64,000 bases of DNA from Thermoanaerobaculia bacterium (GCA_038203955.1 JBBRDK010000005.1:6401-70400), one strand, 5' to 3'. Positions 1-9,815 are shown, numbered from the stretch's first letter. Translations and numbers: made by a program. The notes: generated by a model from the letters alone, not told the origin.

Positions 1-2597
1 TCGTTCGCGAGAGCCTGCCTCTCGGACTCGCCGGAGAGGATGCGGTCGGCGAGCGCCAGCCCGCGCATCGCGTCCACGGCGTAGACCGCGAGCCCGGCGT
101 ACGCCGGCGCGATCCGCTGGTCCGTGAACTTCTGCGACAGCGCGGCGCCGCCCACCAGCATCGGGACCTTGACTCCGCGCGCCGTCAGGTCCTGAGCGGT
201 GGTCACCATCTGCTGCGCGCTCTTGACGAGCAGACCCGACAGGCCGATCAGGTCGGGATGGTGCTCCTCGTAGGCCGCGACGAGGCGCTCGGGCGGCACC
301 TTGATCCCGAGGTTCACGACTTCGTAGCCGTTGTTCGACAGGATGATCTCGACGAGGTTCTTCCCGATGTCGTGCACGTCGCCCTTGACGGTCGCGAGAA
401 GGATCTTCCCCTTGCGGGAATCCGTGGCCTTCTCCATGAACTGCTCGAGATGGTTGACGGACGCCTTCATGGACTCCGCGGACTGCAGGACCTCCGCGAC
501 GATCAGCTCGTTCGCGTTGAAGAGCCGTCCGACCTCGCGCATCCCGTCCATCAGGGGGCCGTTGATGATGTCGAGCGGCGACATGCCTCCCGAGCGGACG
601 GCCTCCAGGTCCTCGACGAGACCCTCCTTCGAGCCTTCGAGGATGTACCGCGGCAGCCTTTCGAGCGGCGTCCCGGCGCGGGCCGCCGTCCGGGGCGTCG
701 ACCCCTTCGCCTTGAAATGGGCGGCGAACGCGGCCACCGGATCTTCCCCGCGGGAGAAGAGAAGGTCCTCGGCGAGCCGCTTCTCCTCGTCGGGGATCGA
801 CGGATACCGCATGATCCGCTCGCTGTTCACGATCGCGAGATCGAGCCCCGCCTTCACGCAGTGATACAGGAACACGGAGTTCAAGACCTCCCGCCCGCCC
901 TCGGGGAGGCCGAAGCTCACGTTGGAGATCCCGAGGATCGTCTTGGTCTCCGGGAGCTCCGCCTTGATGAGGCGGATCCCCTCGATTGTCTCGACGGCGC
1001 TGCCGACGTACTTCTCGTCCCCGGTTCCGCAGGGAAAGACGAGAGGGTCGAAGAAGATGTCTGTCGCCGCGATGCCGTACTTTTCCGTCAGGAGCGTGAA
1101 GCTCCGGCGGGCGATCTCGAGCTTCCGCTCGCGCGTCACTCCCATTCCGTGCTCGGGGTCCTCGTCGATCGTCCCGACGACGAACGCGGCGCCGTACTTC
1201 TGCGCCATCGGCACGACGGACCGGAATCGCTCCTCGCCATCCTCGAGGTTGATCGAGTTCAGGATCGACTTGCCCTGGCTCCACTTCAGCCCGAGCTCGA
1301 GGACCTTCGCGTCCGTCGAGTCGATCATCAGGGGAACCTTCACCATCTTCGTGACGCGCTCCAGGAAGGCGTTCACATCCGCGGCCTCGTCCCGGTCCGG
1401 ATCCTGGAGACAGACGTCGATGACCTGGGCGCCGTTCTTGACCTGGGCGCGCGCGATCTCCGCGGCCGCCTCGAACTTGCCTTCCGCGATCAGCCGCTTG
1501 AACTTCCGGCTGCCGAGAACGTTCGTCCGCTCGCCGACCAAGACGGGCCGGTTGTCCACATCGATCTCGAGCGCCTCGATCCCGGAAACGAGCGTCTTCG
1601 AGACGTGGGGGATCCGCCGCGGCCGCTTCCCTCGCGCCGCATCCACCAGCAGGCGGATGTGCTCGGGGGTCGTCCCGCAGCATCCACCGATCACGTTGAC
1701 CCATCCTTCGTCGATGAACCGCTTGAGACGCTCCGCGAGGAGCTGCGGAGACTCCGAGTAGTTCCCGTCGACGTCCGGAAGCCCCGCGTTGGGGTAACAC
1801 GAGACATAGGTCTTCGCGATCCCGGAAAGCGTCCGGAGATGGTCGGTCATGAACTCGGGCCCGGTCGCGCAGTTCAATCCGATCGAGAGGAGCGGTGCGT
1901 TCATCAGCGACGCGTACAGCGCATCGATCGACTGTCCGGCGAGCATGGTGCCCATCGGCTCGATCGTCACGGAGCCCATGATCGGAACGCTCCAGCCGGT
2001 CTCCGAGAAGGCCTCCTGGATGCCGATCAGGCCCGCCTTCATGTTGCGCGTGTCCTGCGTCGTCTCGAGGAGCAGGACGTCCGCGCCTCCGGCGAGAAGG
2101 CCCGCCGCCTGGATGCGGTAGTGCCCGATCAGCTCCTCGAAAGTGACGCCCCCGGTGACGGTGACGGAGCGGGTCGTCGGGCCCATCGATCCGGCAACGA
2201 AGCGAGTCCGGTCCGGAGTCGAAAAACGGGCGGCGACCTCGCGCGCGAGCTCCGCGGCGCGGCGGTTGATCTCGAACGCCTTCTTCTCGAGGCCGTATTC
2301 GGCGAGCACGAGCGGCGTGGCGCCGAACGTGTCCGTCTCGACGATGTCCGCTCCCGCCTCGAAATACGCCGCGTGCATAGCGCGAATCACGTCGGGGCGC
2401 GTGAGCACGAGGTTCTCGTTGCATCCCTCGAGCTCGTCTCCGCCGAAGTCCGTGGCGGTCAGGTCCTGCGACTGAATCCAGGTGCCCGTCGCGCCGTCGA
2501 GCACGAGAATCCGCTGGGAGAGCGCCTCCTGGAGGTTCTCCGTCCGACCCTGCATCGTCGAGGCATCCGGCGCGCGCGTGCTCATGGAACCGGACAT
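1..2597 (-). CDS. metH: Cobalamin-dependent methionine synthase, N-terminal ~865 aa (3' end runs off the window start)
   Basis: My own minus-strand translation from ATG at 2597 gives MSGSMSTRAPD...LVLDGATGTWIQ (Hcy-binding domain). It also shows GCCGTTPEHI (~1685), ISNVSFGL in the pterin domain (~929) and GDVHDIGKN, the B12 DxHxxG motif (~380). The reading frame is constant at every checkpoint. The gene is absent from the ORF track because no stop lies inside the window. Confidence 0.9.
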   Translation of the reverse strand, partial: MSGSMSTRAPDASTMQGRTENLQEALSQRILVLDGATGTWIQSQDLTATDFGGDELEGCNENLVLTRPDVIRAMHAAYFEAGADIVETDTFGATPLVLAEYGLEKKAFEINRRAAELAREVAARFSTPDRTRFVAGSMGPTTRSVTVTGGVTFEELIGHYRIQAAGLLAGGADVLLLETTQDTRNMKAGLIGIQEAFSETGWSVPIMGSVTIEPMGTMLAGQSIDALYASLMNAPLLSIGLNCATGPEFMTDHLRTLSGIAKTYVSCYPNAGLPDVDGNYSESPQLLAERLKRFIDEGWVNVIGGCCGTTPEHIRLLVDAARGKRPRRIPHVSKTLVSGIEALEIDVDNRPVLVGERTNVLGSRKFKRLIAEGKFEAAAEIARAQVKNGAQVIDVCLQDPDRDEAADVNAFLERVTKMVKVPLMIDSTDAKVLELGLKWSQGKSILNSINLEDGEERFRSVVPMAQKYGAAFVVGTIDEDPEHGMGVTRERKLEIARRSFTLLTEKYGIAATDIFFDPLVFPCGTGDEKYVGSAVETIEGIRLIKAELPETKTILGISNVSFGLPEGGREVLNSVFLYHCVKAGLDLAIVNSERIMRYPSIPDEEKRLAEDLLFSRGEDPVAAFAAHFKAKGSTPRTAARAGTPLERLPRYILEGSKEGLVEDLEAVRSGGMSPLDIINGPLMDGMREVGRLFNANELIVAEVLQSAESMKASVNHLEQFMEKATDSRKGKILLATVKGDVHDIGKNLVEIILSNNGYEVVNLGIKVPPERLVAAYEEHHPDLIGLSGLLVKSAQQMVTTAQDLTARGVKVPMLVGGAALSQKFTDQRIAPAYAGLAVYAVDAMRGLALADRILSGESERQALAN

Positions 2598-2839
2598 ATT
2601 AGCGTCAACCGGGGTTCCTCGCCCAGACCTTGCGATCGCCGCGGCCATGGAGAAACAGAAACCGGGCGGCGCTCCCGGCGCTTCGACGCCGGAGGAAGTG
2701 GAGCGAGCCGATCGCCAGCCGGGGGAAAAGGGCGCACCCGGCGACCCCGCAGCGCCGGGACCGACCGCTCCGCGCGAGACCGGCGTCAAAAAAACGCCGG
2801 GGAAGAATTTCGGCGCCCGGCGCGGGCCGGCGTTAAGGG

Positions 2840-2887
2840 CGGGAAACGGGAAAAGCCGGAGCCGGGAATCGGGCGGGAATCGGGAAT
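2840..2887. repeat. 7-nt-period tandem array, CGGGAAW family
   Basis: cgggaaa cgggaaa ... cgggaat cggGCgggaat cgggaat, read directly in the metH upstream intergenic region. Confidence 0.7.
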
Positions 2888-2954
2888 CGAAGAACGGAGG
2901 TCCGCGGCCCGGCGTCCCGAGCCCTTCGCTTGTCGCCTTCGCCGTTCGCCCCGC

Positions 2955-3503
2955 CTAACCTGCCGTCGTTTCCACCAGTTCATCGAGCAGAGCCTCGCCC
3001 GACGGCCAAGGACCGAAACCCGACGCGGCGTTGATGTGGCCGGCCGGCCCGATGTCTACCCGGCGGCTCCCCCAGGCGCGCGCGAAGCTGAAGCTGCGCT
3101 CGACGGCCAGGTAAGGATCCGCCGAGGACGCCACGAGGATGCTGGCGAAAGGCATCCGCTGCATCGGGATCGGCCGAAAGCCGGCGAGCTCCGGCGGCGC
3201 GTCGTCGCGCTCCGAATCGCTGGGAGCGACGAGGAGGGCGCCGCGAACCACGCCGTTCCCAGGGGACGCCGCCCACAGCACGGCGGTCAGGCATCCGAGA
3301 GAGTGGGCGACCAGGAGAGGCGGCTCCGCGCACTCCGCGACGGCGCGATCCAGCGCGGCCACCCATTCGTCCCTGTCCGGACGCGCCCAGTCGCGCTGCG
3401 CCACCCGCGTGAGGTTTCCGCGGCGGCGTTCCCACAGGCTCTGCCAGTGCGTGGGTCCCGAGCCGTACAAGCCCGGGAGTACCAGAATGGGAGGAGCCGT
3501 CAC
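2955..3503 (-). CDS. RBBP9/YdeN-family alpha/beta serine hydrolase
   Basis: ILVLPGLYGSGPTHWQSLWE N-terminus and an HSLGC nucleophile elbow. I chose the GTG start at 3503 because the longer track ORF (to 3674) would overlap the upstream gene. Confidence 0.75.
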   Translation of the reverse strand: MTAPPILVLPGLYGSGPTHWQSLWERRRGNLTRVAQRDWARPDRDEWVAALDRAVAECAEPPLLVAHSLGCLTAVLWAASPGNGVVRGALLVAPSDSERDDAPPELAGFRPIPMQRMPFASILVASSADPYLAVERSFSFARAWGSRRVDIGPAGHINAASGFGPWPSGEALLDELVETTAG

Positions 3504-3571
3504 GTCCGCGCGCGACCCGGCCGCCGCCGGCGGTCCGCCTGCCGCCCGGATCCGCGCTCGCCGCGCCGCAT

Positions 3572-4288
3572 TCAGCGCCGGCGCGCCGCGAGGGGCGCCG
3601 CGGCGGGGATCTTCTCGAAAGGGACGTCCAGGATTGGATATTCGCGCCAGGCCCGATAGTTGTAGTGCCACCACTCACCCGGGTCGACGTCGAATCCCTC
3701 TGCTTCCATCGTCTTCCGCAGGAGATCGCGCCGTTCGAGCAGCTCCCTGGGGCCGCCACGATAGTCGGGCGAGGCGCGGTCGGAGAATTCGTCGTACGCG
3801 CTCGGCATGACCGACTCGGCGCCCGTCGCGAGGTCGTAAAGCGAAAGGTCCACCGCGCATCCGCGATTGTGTTTCGAGCCCTTGGCGGGGTTCGCGACGA
3901 AGCCGCGGGCCCGGTCCTGGGGCGTCACGATCTCCCAGAAGAGCTTCGTGACCGACCAGGGGCGGTAGCCGTCGAACACGACGATTCCGTACCCGTGGGC
4001 CGCCAGTGCGCGATGGGCGCGGACCATCGCCCCCGCGGCGGGCCGCTGGAGAAAGGCGCGGGCTTCGCCGTAGACGGCGCGCCCGGCGAAATTGTTCGGT
4101 GTCGCGTACCGGATGTCGAGGTGGACCGTCCGGTCGAGCCGCACGAGCTCGACGAGATCCGGCTTTCGGAAAGAGCCCTTCTCGGCGGGCGGTCGGGAAG
4201 ACGCGGCGCGCGGCGCGGCGGCCGGCGCGCAGGCGGGCGAGACCGCCAGGAGGAGCATAAGAAGAAAGCGCGGGGTCCGGCTTTTCAT
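3572..4288 (-). CDS. D-alanyl-D-alanine dipeptidase (M15D, VanX/DdpX family), secreted
   Basis: N-terminal signal peptide MKSRTPRFLLMLLLAVSPA. Family motifs SKHNRGCAVDL and EWWHY are present. Confidence 0.8.
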   Translation of the reverse strand: MKSRTPRFLLMLLLAVSPACAPAAAPRAASSRPPAEKGSFRKPDLVELVRLDRTVHLDIRYATPNNFAGRAVYGEARAFLQRPAAGAMVRAHRALAAHGYGIVVFDGYRPWSVTKLFWEIVTPQDRARGFVANPAKGSKHNRGCAVDLSLYDLATGAESVMPSAYDEFSDRASPDYRGGPRELLERRDLLRKTMEAEGFDVDPGEWWHYNYRAWREYPILDVPFEKIPAAAPLAARRR

Positions 4289-4367
4289 CGGCAGAGCATA
4301 CCGAAGCGGGCGGACCGGACCGCGCGACCCGGCGGCCGCGACGGCGCATACTTTCGTAGAGATCGAC

Positions 4368-5059
4368 GTGGCAACGAAACCTCCGCGGAAAAAGACGCCG
4401 TCCCGACTGGAGGCGGTCGTCGCCGAGTTTGAAGATTTCTACGGCGCTCCGCCCCCTCCCATCTCAGACCCGTTCGTCAACATCGTCTGGGAGAACGTGG
4501 CCTACCTGGCGGACGACGCCCGGCGGGCCGAGGCCTTCCGGATCCTCCGGGACGCGACGGGTCTCGATCCGCGGCGGCTTCTCGCCGTGCCGCGATCCGC
4601 GCTTCACGCGATTGCGGGCCGCGGCATCCTTCCGGAGCAGGCCGTCGAGAAGCTGAGAGAGATCGCCGCGCTGGCGCTCGAAGAGTTCGGCGGCGATCTC
4701 GAAGCCGTGGTGGCGCTTCCGTCCGCCGACGCCGCGCGAGCCCTGCGGAGGTTCCCCTCGATCGGGCAGCCCGGCGCCGAGAAGATTCTGCTGTTCGCCG
4801 GGCGGCTCGCCGTTCTGGCGCTCGAGTCCAACGGACTCCGGGTCCTGCTGCGACTCGGGTATGGAAGAGAGGAGAAGAGTTATGCGGCGTCGTATCGCTC
4901 CGCCCAGTCCGCCGCCGCCCCCGAGCTCCCGGCCGACTGCCGCGTCCTGATCGCCGCCCACCAGCTCCTGAGGCGACATGGTGTTGAGCTCTGCCGTCGT
5001 TCGCAACCTCAGTGCGAACGATGCCCTGTCGCGCGTCGATGCGACTATTTCAAGAAGTC

Positions 5060-5075
<16 letters not shown>
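4368..5075 (+). CDS. HhH-GPD / endonuclease III-like base-excision repair protein
   Basis: HhH motif LRRFPSIGQPGAEKILLF and a C-terminal 4Fe-4S loop C-x6-C-x2-C-x5-C (CRRSQPQCERCPVARRC). GTG start at 4368 chosen because the upstream part of the track ORF overlaps the divergent dipeptidase gene. Confidence 0.7.
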
Positions 5076-5145
<70 letters not shown>

Positions 5146-5167
<22 letters not shown>

Positions 5168-5700
5168 CCTTTCACCCTCTCCGCCTGCCACAGGTGCCGT
5201 CTTTCGTGCGCGGCGAGGAAGGCGAACCACTGGCCGAGCGTCATCTTGAAGCGCCGGCTGATGGGAGAGCTCATCCGGATCGCGCCGACGTCGAGTCCGT
5301 CGGCGGACCGCACCCGCGCGCCGAGCTCTTTCTGAAGCTGCAGGACCCGCGGCACGACCTCGGCGGGCGGCGGATCGAGCCGGGGGCGGTACTGCCGCGG
5401 GGACTTCACCTTGATGCGAGCGGGCGGCTCGATCAGCCGGATGTAGAGGCGCCCGAGCCAGGGCTCCGAAAACGGCCCAGTTCCGACGAGATTTCTGTCG
5501 CGCGCCTCTCCGATCTTCCCGTCGAGCTTCGGAAGGACCTTCCAGGCGGCATTCAAGTGCTCGAGACATTCGACGATCGACCACTCCCCCTCCGCCGGGC
5601 GCCAGAGCAGGTCTTCGTGCGAGAGTCTCGCGACGAGCCGATCGATCCGCTCATGGAGCGCGGTGAACTGGGAGTCGTAGGAGGCGAGGACGGAGTTCAT
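5146..5700 (-). CDS. DinB-family (DinB_2) metal-dependent protein
   Basis: 184-aa ORF with the WSIVECLEHL and LAAHERRHLWQ His motifs typical of the DinB four-helix bundle. Confidence 0.8.
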
Positions 5701-5708
5701 GGGAAGTG

Positions 5709-5891
5709 GAGAGTTGAGAGTTGAGAGTAGAGAGTAGAGAGTAGAGAGTTAAGAGTTAACAGTTAAGGGTTCCAGGCCAGCAACCGGACGCGGCATCTCC
5801 AGCTGAGTTTCCCACGGGCGCGCCGAGCTCCGGCCTCACTCGGCACTATCAACTCTGGACTCTCAACTCTGAACTCTCAACTCTGAACGTT
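5709..5891. repeat. Inverted pair of heptamer arrays: GAGAGTW-type x9 at 5709-5771 and SAACTCT-type x6 at 5850-5891
   Basis: Read directly. The arrays flank a 78-nt unique core and lie in the divergent promoter region between the DinB and NmrA-like genes. Confidence 0.85.
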
Positions 5892-5940
5892 CCCGGCCTG
5901 CGTTACTGTCCTCTCTCCGCGAGGCTGAAAGGAGTCCCCC

Positions 5941-6780
5941 ATGATTCTCGTGACGGGCGCGACCGGCAATGTCGGGTCGGCGCTGATCAAGGAGCTCGAC
6001 GTGCTGAAAGCGCCCTACCGCGCCGGTCTGCGCCACGCGGGCTCGATGGGCATCGATTCCGTGGCGTTCGACTTCGACGACCCGGCGACCTTCGGCCCGG
6101 CGCTGACCGGAGTCGAGAAGCTCTTTCTGCTGACCTCCGGCGGGACCGAGCGCGAGGGACCGGCCGTCGACGCCGCGAAGGCTGCCGGCGTCCGCCACAT
6201 CGTTAAGCTTTCCGTGTGGGGCTCGGAGCGGGAGGATTTCGCGTTCGGCCGCCACCACCGGGCCATCGAGAAGAGGATCGAGGCTTCCGGCGTCCCCTAC
6301 ACGTTTCTCCGGCCCAACGGATTCATGCAGAACTACCTCACTCAGGCGGAGACGATCAAAGGCCGGGGCGCCTTTTACCTTCCCTCGCGGGATTCCCGGT
6401 ACAGCCTGATCGACGTGCGCGACGTCGGCGCCGTCGCGGCGCGCATTCTGACGGCAAGCGGCCATGAGGGCCGCGGCTACGCGCTGTCGGGACCGGAGAG
6501 CCTTTCGAACGGCGAGATCGCGCAAAAGCTCTCGGCCGCCACGGGCAAGCCCGTCGCGTACGTCGGCGTGCCGGACGACGTCTTCCGGAAGAGCCTCGTC
6601 GACGCCGGAGTCCCCGGGCCGTACGCCGACGACTACATCGACCTGTTCCACTACTACATCGCCGGAAAGGGCGCCGCCGTGACGGCCGAAGTCGAGCAGG
6701 TCACGGGCAAGGCGCCCCGAACGTTCGACGAATTCGCGACCGATTTCGCCGCCCAGTTCAAGTCCGAAGAGCTGCCATGA
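5941..6780 (+). CDS. NmrA-like atypical SDR, NAD(P)-binding
   Basis: MILVTGATGNVGSALIKEL Rossmann motif; 279 aa. Confidence 0.8.
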   Translation: MILVTGATGNVGSALIKELDVLKAPYRAGLRHAGSMGIDSVAFDFDDPATFGPALTGVEKLFLLTSGGTEREGPAVDAAKAAGVRHIVKLSVWGSEREDFAFGRHHRAIEKRIEASGVPYTFLRPNGFMQNYLTQAETIKGRGAFYLPSRDSRYSLIDVRDVGAVAARILTASGHEGRGYALSGPESLSNGEIAQKLSAATGKPVAYVGVPDDVFRKSLVDAGVPGPYADDYIDLFHYYIAGKGAAVTAEVEQVTGKAPRTFDEFATDFAAQFKSEELP

Positions 6781-7028
6781 CCGACGAGCATCTGAAGGAA
6801 ATTCGGAAAGTCACGCCGAGCGCGAAGGGTTGCGAGGACTGCCTGAAGATCGGGGCCCGATGCGTGCACCTGCGCCTCTGCCTCTCCTGCGGCCACGTCG
6901 GCTGTTGCGACTCGTCGCCGAACCGGCACGCGACGAAGCACTTTTATTCAACGAAGCATCCGATCGTCCAGTCCTTCGAGCCGGGCGAGGACTGGCGCTG
7001 GTGCTACGTGCACGAAGCGATGGTCTGA
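6777..7028 (+). CDS. UBP-type zinc-finger protein
   Basis: CEDC...CLSCGHVGCCDSSPNRHATKHFYSTKHP Cys/His pattern. ATGA overlap with the upstream gene. Confidence 0.75.
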   Translation: MTDEHLKEIRKVTPSAKGCEDCLKIGARCVHLRLCLSCGHVGCCDSSPNRHATKHFYSTKHPIVQSFEPGEDWRWCYVHEAMV

Positions 7029-7055
7029 CCCTTCCGTCGCGCCCGGGGGGGGAGA

Positions 7056-7910
7056 TCAGACCGGTGGCGTCTTCCGGAAAGGGTGCTCGAAGGAGAGATA
7101 GAGAAGGATCGAGCGCTCGCCGCGGCTGGGACCGACGCCGAAGGGAACGGCGATACCGGGAACGATCTGGAGCCCGCCGGGGCGGTTCCACGCCCATCGC
7201 ATGCCGGGGCTCACGAGAAAAGTTCGAGAACGGATCGTGCGCCCGGGCGCGGACACCGCTTCGGCGCTCGACCACACGGTCTCGACGAGGCCGTTTACGT
7301 CCGGGCGCGCCAGCCATACGAAGCTCTGGCCGAGTCCCCAGCTCCTCTCCGGGGCGCGATCCCCGGACTCGTTGCGCGCAGACCGAACGTAGGTGACGTC
7401 GGCGTTCCAGTGCGCGACCAGCCAGGGCAAAAGAACGGTGCTGACCGGAAGCGAGACCTGCACGCCCGTTCCACCGGCGCCCAGGGCCCGGCGCGCGTCC
7501 CCCGTCGGGAGCAGCACCGTGAGCCGGGGGGCGGCGGCGAGCTTCGCCTCCCCGTTTCCTGCGAGCTGGTAGCGGTAGTTGAGCGCCACGTCGCCGAGCC
7601 CCGTCGCCCACCCGGACTGCGCCCGCGTGCGGGCAACCGGAACCGTAAAGCTCAGCTGGTGGGTCTCGGCGGGAACGGGCCACTCCTGCGTGAAGGCGTA
7701 CGTCCAGGCGCCGCCTCTCGCCCGCTCGAACGTCTGAATGTGTTGAACGACTCCTCTCTCCTGGTTGTAAGCCTCCTCGATCAGGAAGCTGTTGTCCTGT
7801 ATCGGGGGACGCTCGAGGGGAAGCGCGCGGGAGGACGGAGGCGCCGCGACGATCCACGAGGAGAGCGCCGCCGTCGCGGCGAGGAACAGGTGGCAGGCGC
7901 GGGCAGTCAT
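7056..7910 (-). CDS. Outer-membrane beta-barrel protein (MetA-pathway/transporter-like, tentative)
   Basis: Signal peptide MTARACHLFLAATAALSS and alternating beta-strand pattern, with GLGDVALNYRYQL and LLPTGD. Start is residue 91 of the track ORF (ATG at 7910). Confidence 0.6.
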   Translation of the reverse strand: MTARACHLFLAATAALSSWIVAAPPSSRALPLERPPIQDNSFLIEEAYNQERGVVQHIQTFERARGGAWTYAFTQEWPVPAETHQLSFTVPVARTRAQSGWATGLGDVALNYRYQLAGNGEAKLAAAPRLTVLLPTGDARRALGAGGTGVQVSLPVSTVLLPWLVAHWNADVTYVRSARNESGDRAPERSWGLGQSFVWLARPDVNGLVETVWSSAEAVSAPGRTIRSRTFLVSPGMRWAWNRPGGLQIVPGIAVPFGVGPSRGERSILLYLSFEHPFRKTPPV

Positions 7911-7934
7911 TTCAGCCCGATAGAATACGGCCAG

Positions 7935-8713
7935 ATGTCCCACTCGCCGCGGAAGGCTCTCGCGGAGAGGTCCGCCGGGGCGCGCGCCGGATTTCGCTGG
8001 CGCGGAGGCGAGGTCTCGAGGCTCGAGGGGTTCACGGACGCCGTCTTCGCGTTCGCGGTGACGCTCCTGATCGTCTCTCTCGAGGTGCCGCGCACGTTCA
8101 ACGAGCTCCTGATCGCGATGCGCGGCTTCTTCGCCTTCGCGATCTGCTTCGCGTTGCTGTATCTCATCTGGTACGAGCATTAGGTTACTCCCGTCGATAC
8201 GGCCTGGACGACACCACGGTCGTCGCTTTGAACGGCGTTCTCCTGTTCGTCGTCCTCTTCTACGTCTACCCGCTGAAGTTCGTGTTCACGATGTTCGTGG
8301 GCTCTCTCCTGGGATACGAGACCGGCGTGCATCGGCCGGGCGGAATCGTCGAGCCAATGGTCCGCAACGCCGACGGGCCCGCGCTCTTTCTCATCTTCGG
8401 CGCGGGCTACGTCGCCGTGTTCCTGGTCTTCGCTCTGCCCTACCTGCACGCGTACCGCAAGCGCGGGGAGCTGCAATTGAACGCGATCGAAACGTTCGAC
8501 ACGCGGGTGGGCCTGGTGTCGGCGGTCGCGACGGGCGCGGTGGGCGTGGCCTCGATGGCCCTGACCCTGGTTCTCGGGTCCCGCGCGAACGGCTGGAACG
8601 GGTGGATCTATTTCGCCAACGGGCCCGTGCAGACCGCCCTCGGCTTCTGGGCGGGATCGCACCGCCGCCGTTTGGAGGCGGCCGCAGTCCGGGGTGGGCC
8701 CGACTCTCTTTGA
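7935..8713 (+). pseudogene. TMEM175/DUF1211-family K+ channel homologue, reading frame broken near 8180
   Basis: Part 1 (7935-8183) carries the hallmark RLEGFTDAVFAFAVTLL and ends ...YLIWYEH*. Homology continues in another frame as GYSRRYGLDDTTVVALNGVLLF (the track ORF at 8228 is in frame 2, part 1 in frame 0). Confidence 0.7.
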
Positions 8714-8770
8714 GGGTCACTTCCCGCAAGAGAGCCCGGCCGCCGCGCGGCGATGCGGGAAGCCCGCCGG

Positions 8771-9295
8771 CTAGCGTTTCTCGTCCGTCACGGCCGTCGG
8801 ATCGCCCGTCCGGTGGTCCTCGATCTGAAACCGCAGAAAACGATGCAACGCCTCGAGACCTTCCCGGTCGGCCGCGCGCGCCTCGAGCGTCGCCCCGCGG
8901 TCGGTCTCGCGGAACTTCCACGCTACGGCGGAGGGTCTCTTCTTCATCACTTCGACGCCGGGCGGAACCTGATCGTGGACCAGCATCGGCGCCTGGAAGT
9001 CCCCTTTCGCGAACATCTTCGCGATCTGGGAGAGGTGTCCGCGAATCGCGTCCCGGCTTGCCGTGTCCTCTGCCTGGTTCGCGGTGATCTCGATCGCGCC
9101 GCCGTTCTTGTAGAGCCGGAAATGGTGGGTCGTCTTTTCGTGGTCGAACCCCATCACGTGGTCGCCCCGCGAGTCGACCATCGCGTGGTGGTCGTGCTCG
9201 GCGGGGGGCGCGGGGGTGCTCGTCTGGGCGAGGAGGGCCGCGGGGACGAGAAAGAGACCGGCGAGAAGGGCGCGGGAGAAACGAGCGACGGTCAT
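8771..9295 (-). CDS. Secreted His-rich protein of unknown function
   Basis: Signal peptide, then AEHDHHAMVDSRGDHVMGFDHEKTTHHF. 4-nt overlap with the upstream MerR gene. Confidence 0.6.
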   Translation of the reverse strand: MTVARFSRALLAGLFLVPAALLAQTSTPAPPAEHDHHAMVDSRGDHVMGFDHEKTTHHFRLYKNGGAIEITANQAEDTASRDAIRGHLSQIAKMFAKGDFQAPMLVHDQVPPGVEVMKKRPSAVAWKFRETDRGATLEARAADREGLEALHRFLRFQIEDHRTGDPTAVTDEKR

Positions 9296-9777
9296 GACGT
9301 CTCCTTGGATCGGCGGCGATTGAAGGCCAGCGCGGAAAGCGCGGACCCGGACGTGTGTCGTGTCGGTCGGAGCGATTCCAGGAGGCGGGCGGGCTCTCCT
9401 TCACCGGCGGCGGCGAGCCGCGCGTCGAACTCCGCCACCGTGGCTTCGAGTGTCTTCTGAAACGCGCGCATCTCCTCGATGCGGCTCTCGATCTCTTCGA
9501 GCTTGCGCGCCGCGAGGGCGCGCACTTCACGGCACGGCGGCGATCCCCGGCTCCGCGCCTTCAGAAACCTCGCGAGCTCCTCGATGGTGAATCCGACGGA
9601 GAGCGCGCGCTGGATCAGGAGAACGCGGTCGCGGGCCTCGGACGGATACGCGCGGTAGCCGTTGCGTAGCCGTGCAGGACGCGAAAGCAGCCCCCGCCGC
9701 TCGTAGAAACGCAGGGTATCGGTGCTGACGCCTCCCGCCCGCGCCAGCTCGCCCGAGCGCATCCCTTTTTCTGCCAT
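9292..9777 (-). CDS. MerR-family transcriptional regulator
   Basis: MRSGELARAGGVSTDTLRFYERRGLL wHTH followed by a coiled-coil dimerisation helix. An alternative start is the ATG at 9762 (MRSGEL...). Confidence 0.85.
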   Translation of the reverse strand: MAEKGMRSGELARAGGVSTDTLRFYERRGLLSRPARLRNGYRAYPSEARDRVLLIQRALSVGFTIEELARFLKARSRGSPPCREVRALAARKLEEIESRIEEMRAFQKTLEATVAEFDARLAAAGEGEPARLLESLRPTRHTSGSALSALAFNRRRSKETS

Positions 9778-9783
9778 GGAACG

Positions 9784-9815
9784 ACTCTAAACCCCGGAAT
9801 CGATTCCAGGGTCAA
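9784..9815 (-). promoter_or_regulatory. Putative MerR-type promoter/operator
   Basis: The minus strand reads TTGACC, then a 20-nt spacer containing the dyad CTGGAATC/GATTCCGG, then TAGAGT. The -10 element ends 6 nt before the ATG at 9777. Confidence 0.45.

Noticed and set aside
2598-2954. Riboswitch (SAM or B12) or terminator in the metH leader, including the CCGGCG-TTTTTTTGA-CGCCGG hairpin
   Set aside because: No SAM-I/II or cobalamin consensus is recognisable. The T-run lies in the hairpin loop rather than after it, so it is not a canonical intrinsic terminator.
258-3659. 1133-aa plus-strand ORF, the longest in the track
   Set aside because: The composition is dominated by R/D/E/L/G/V runs with no motifs. 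It lies exactly antisense to a motif-perfect metH reading frame, so it is a high-GC shadow ORF.
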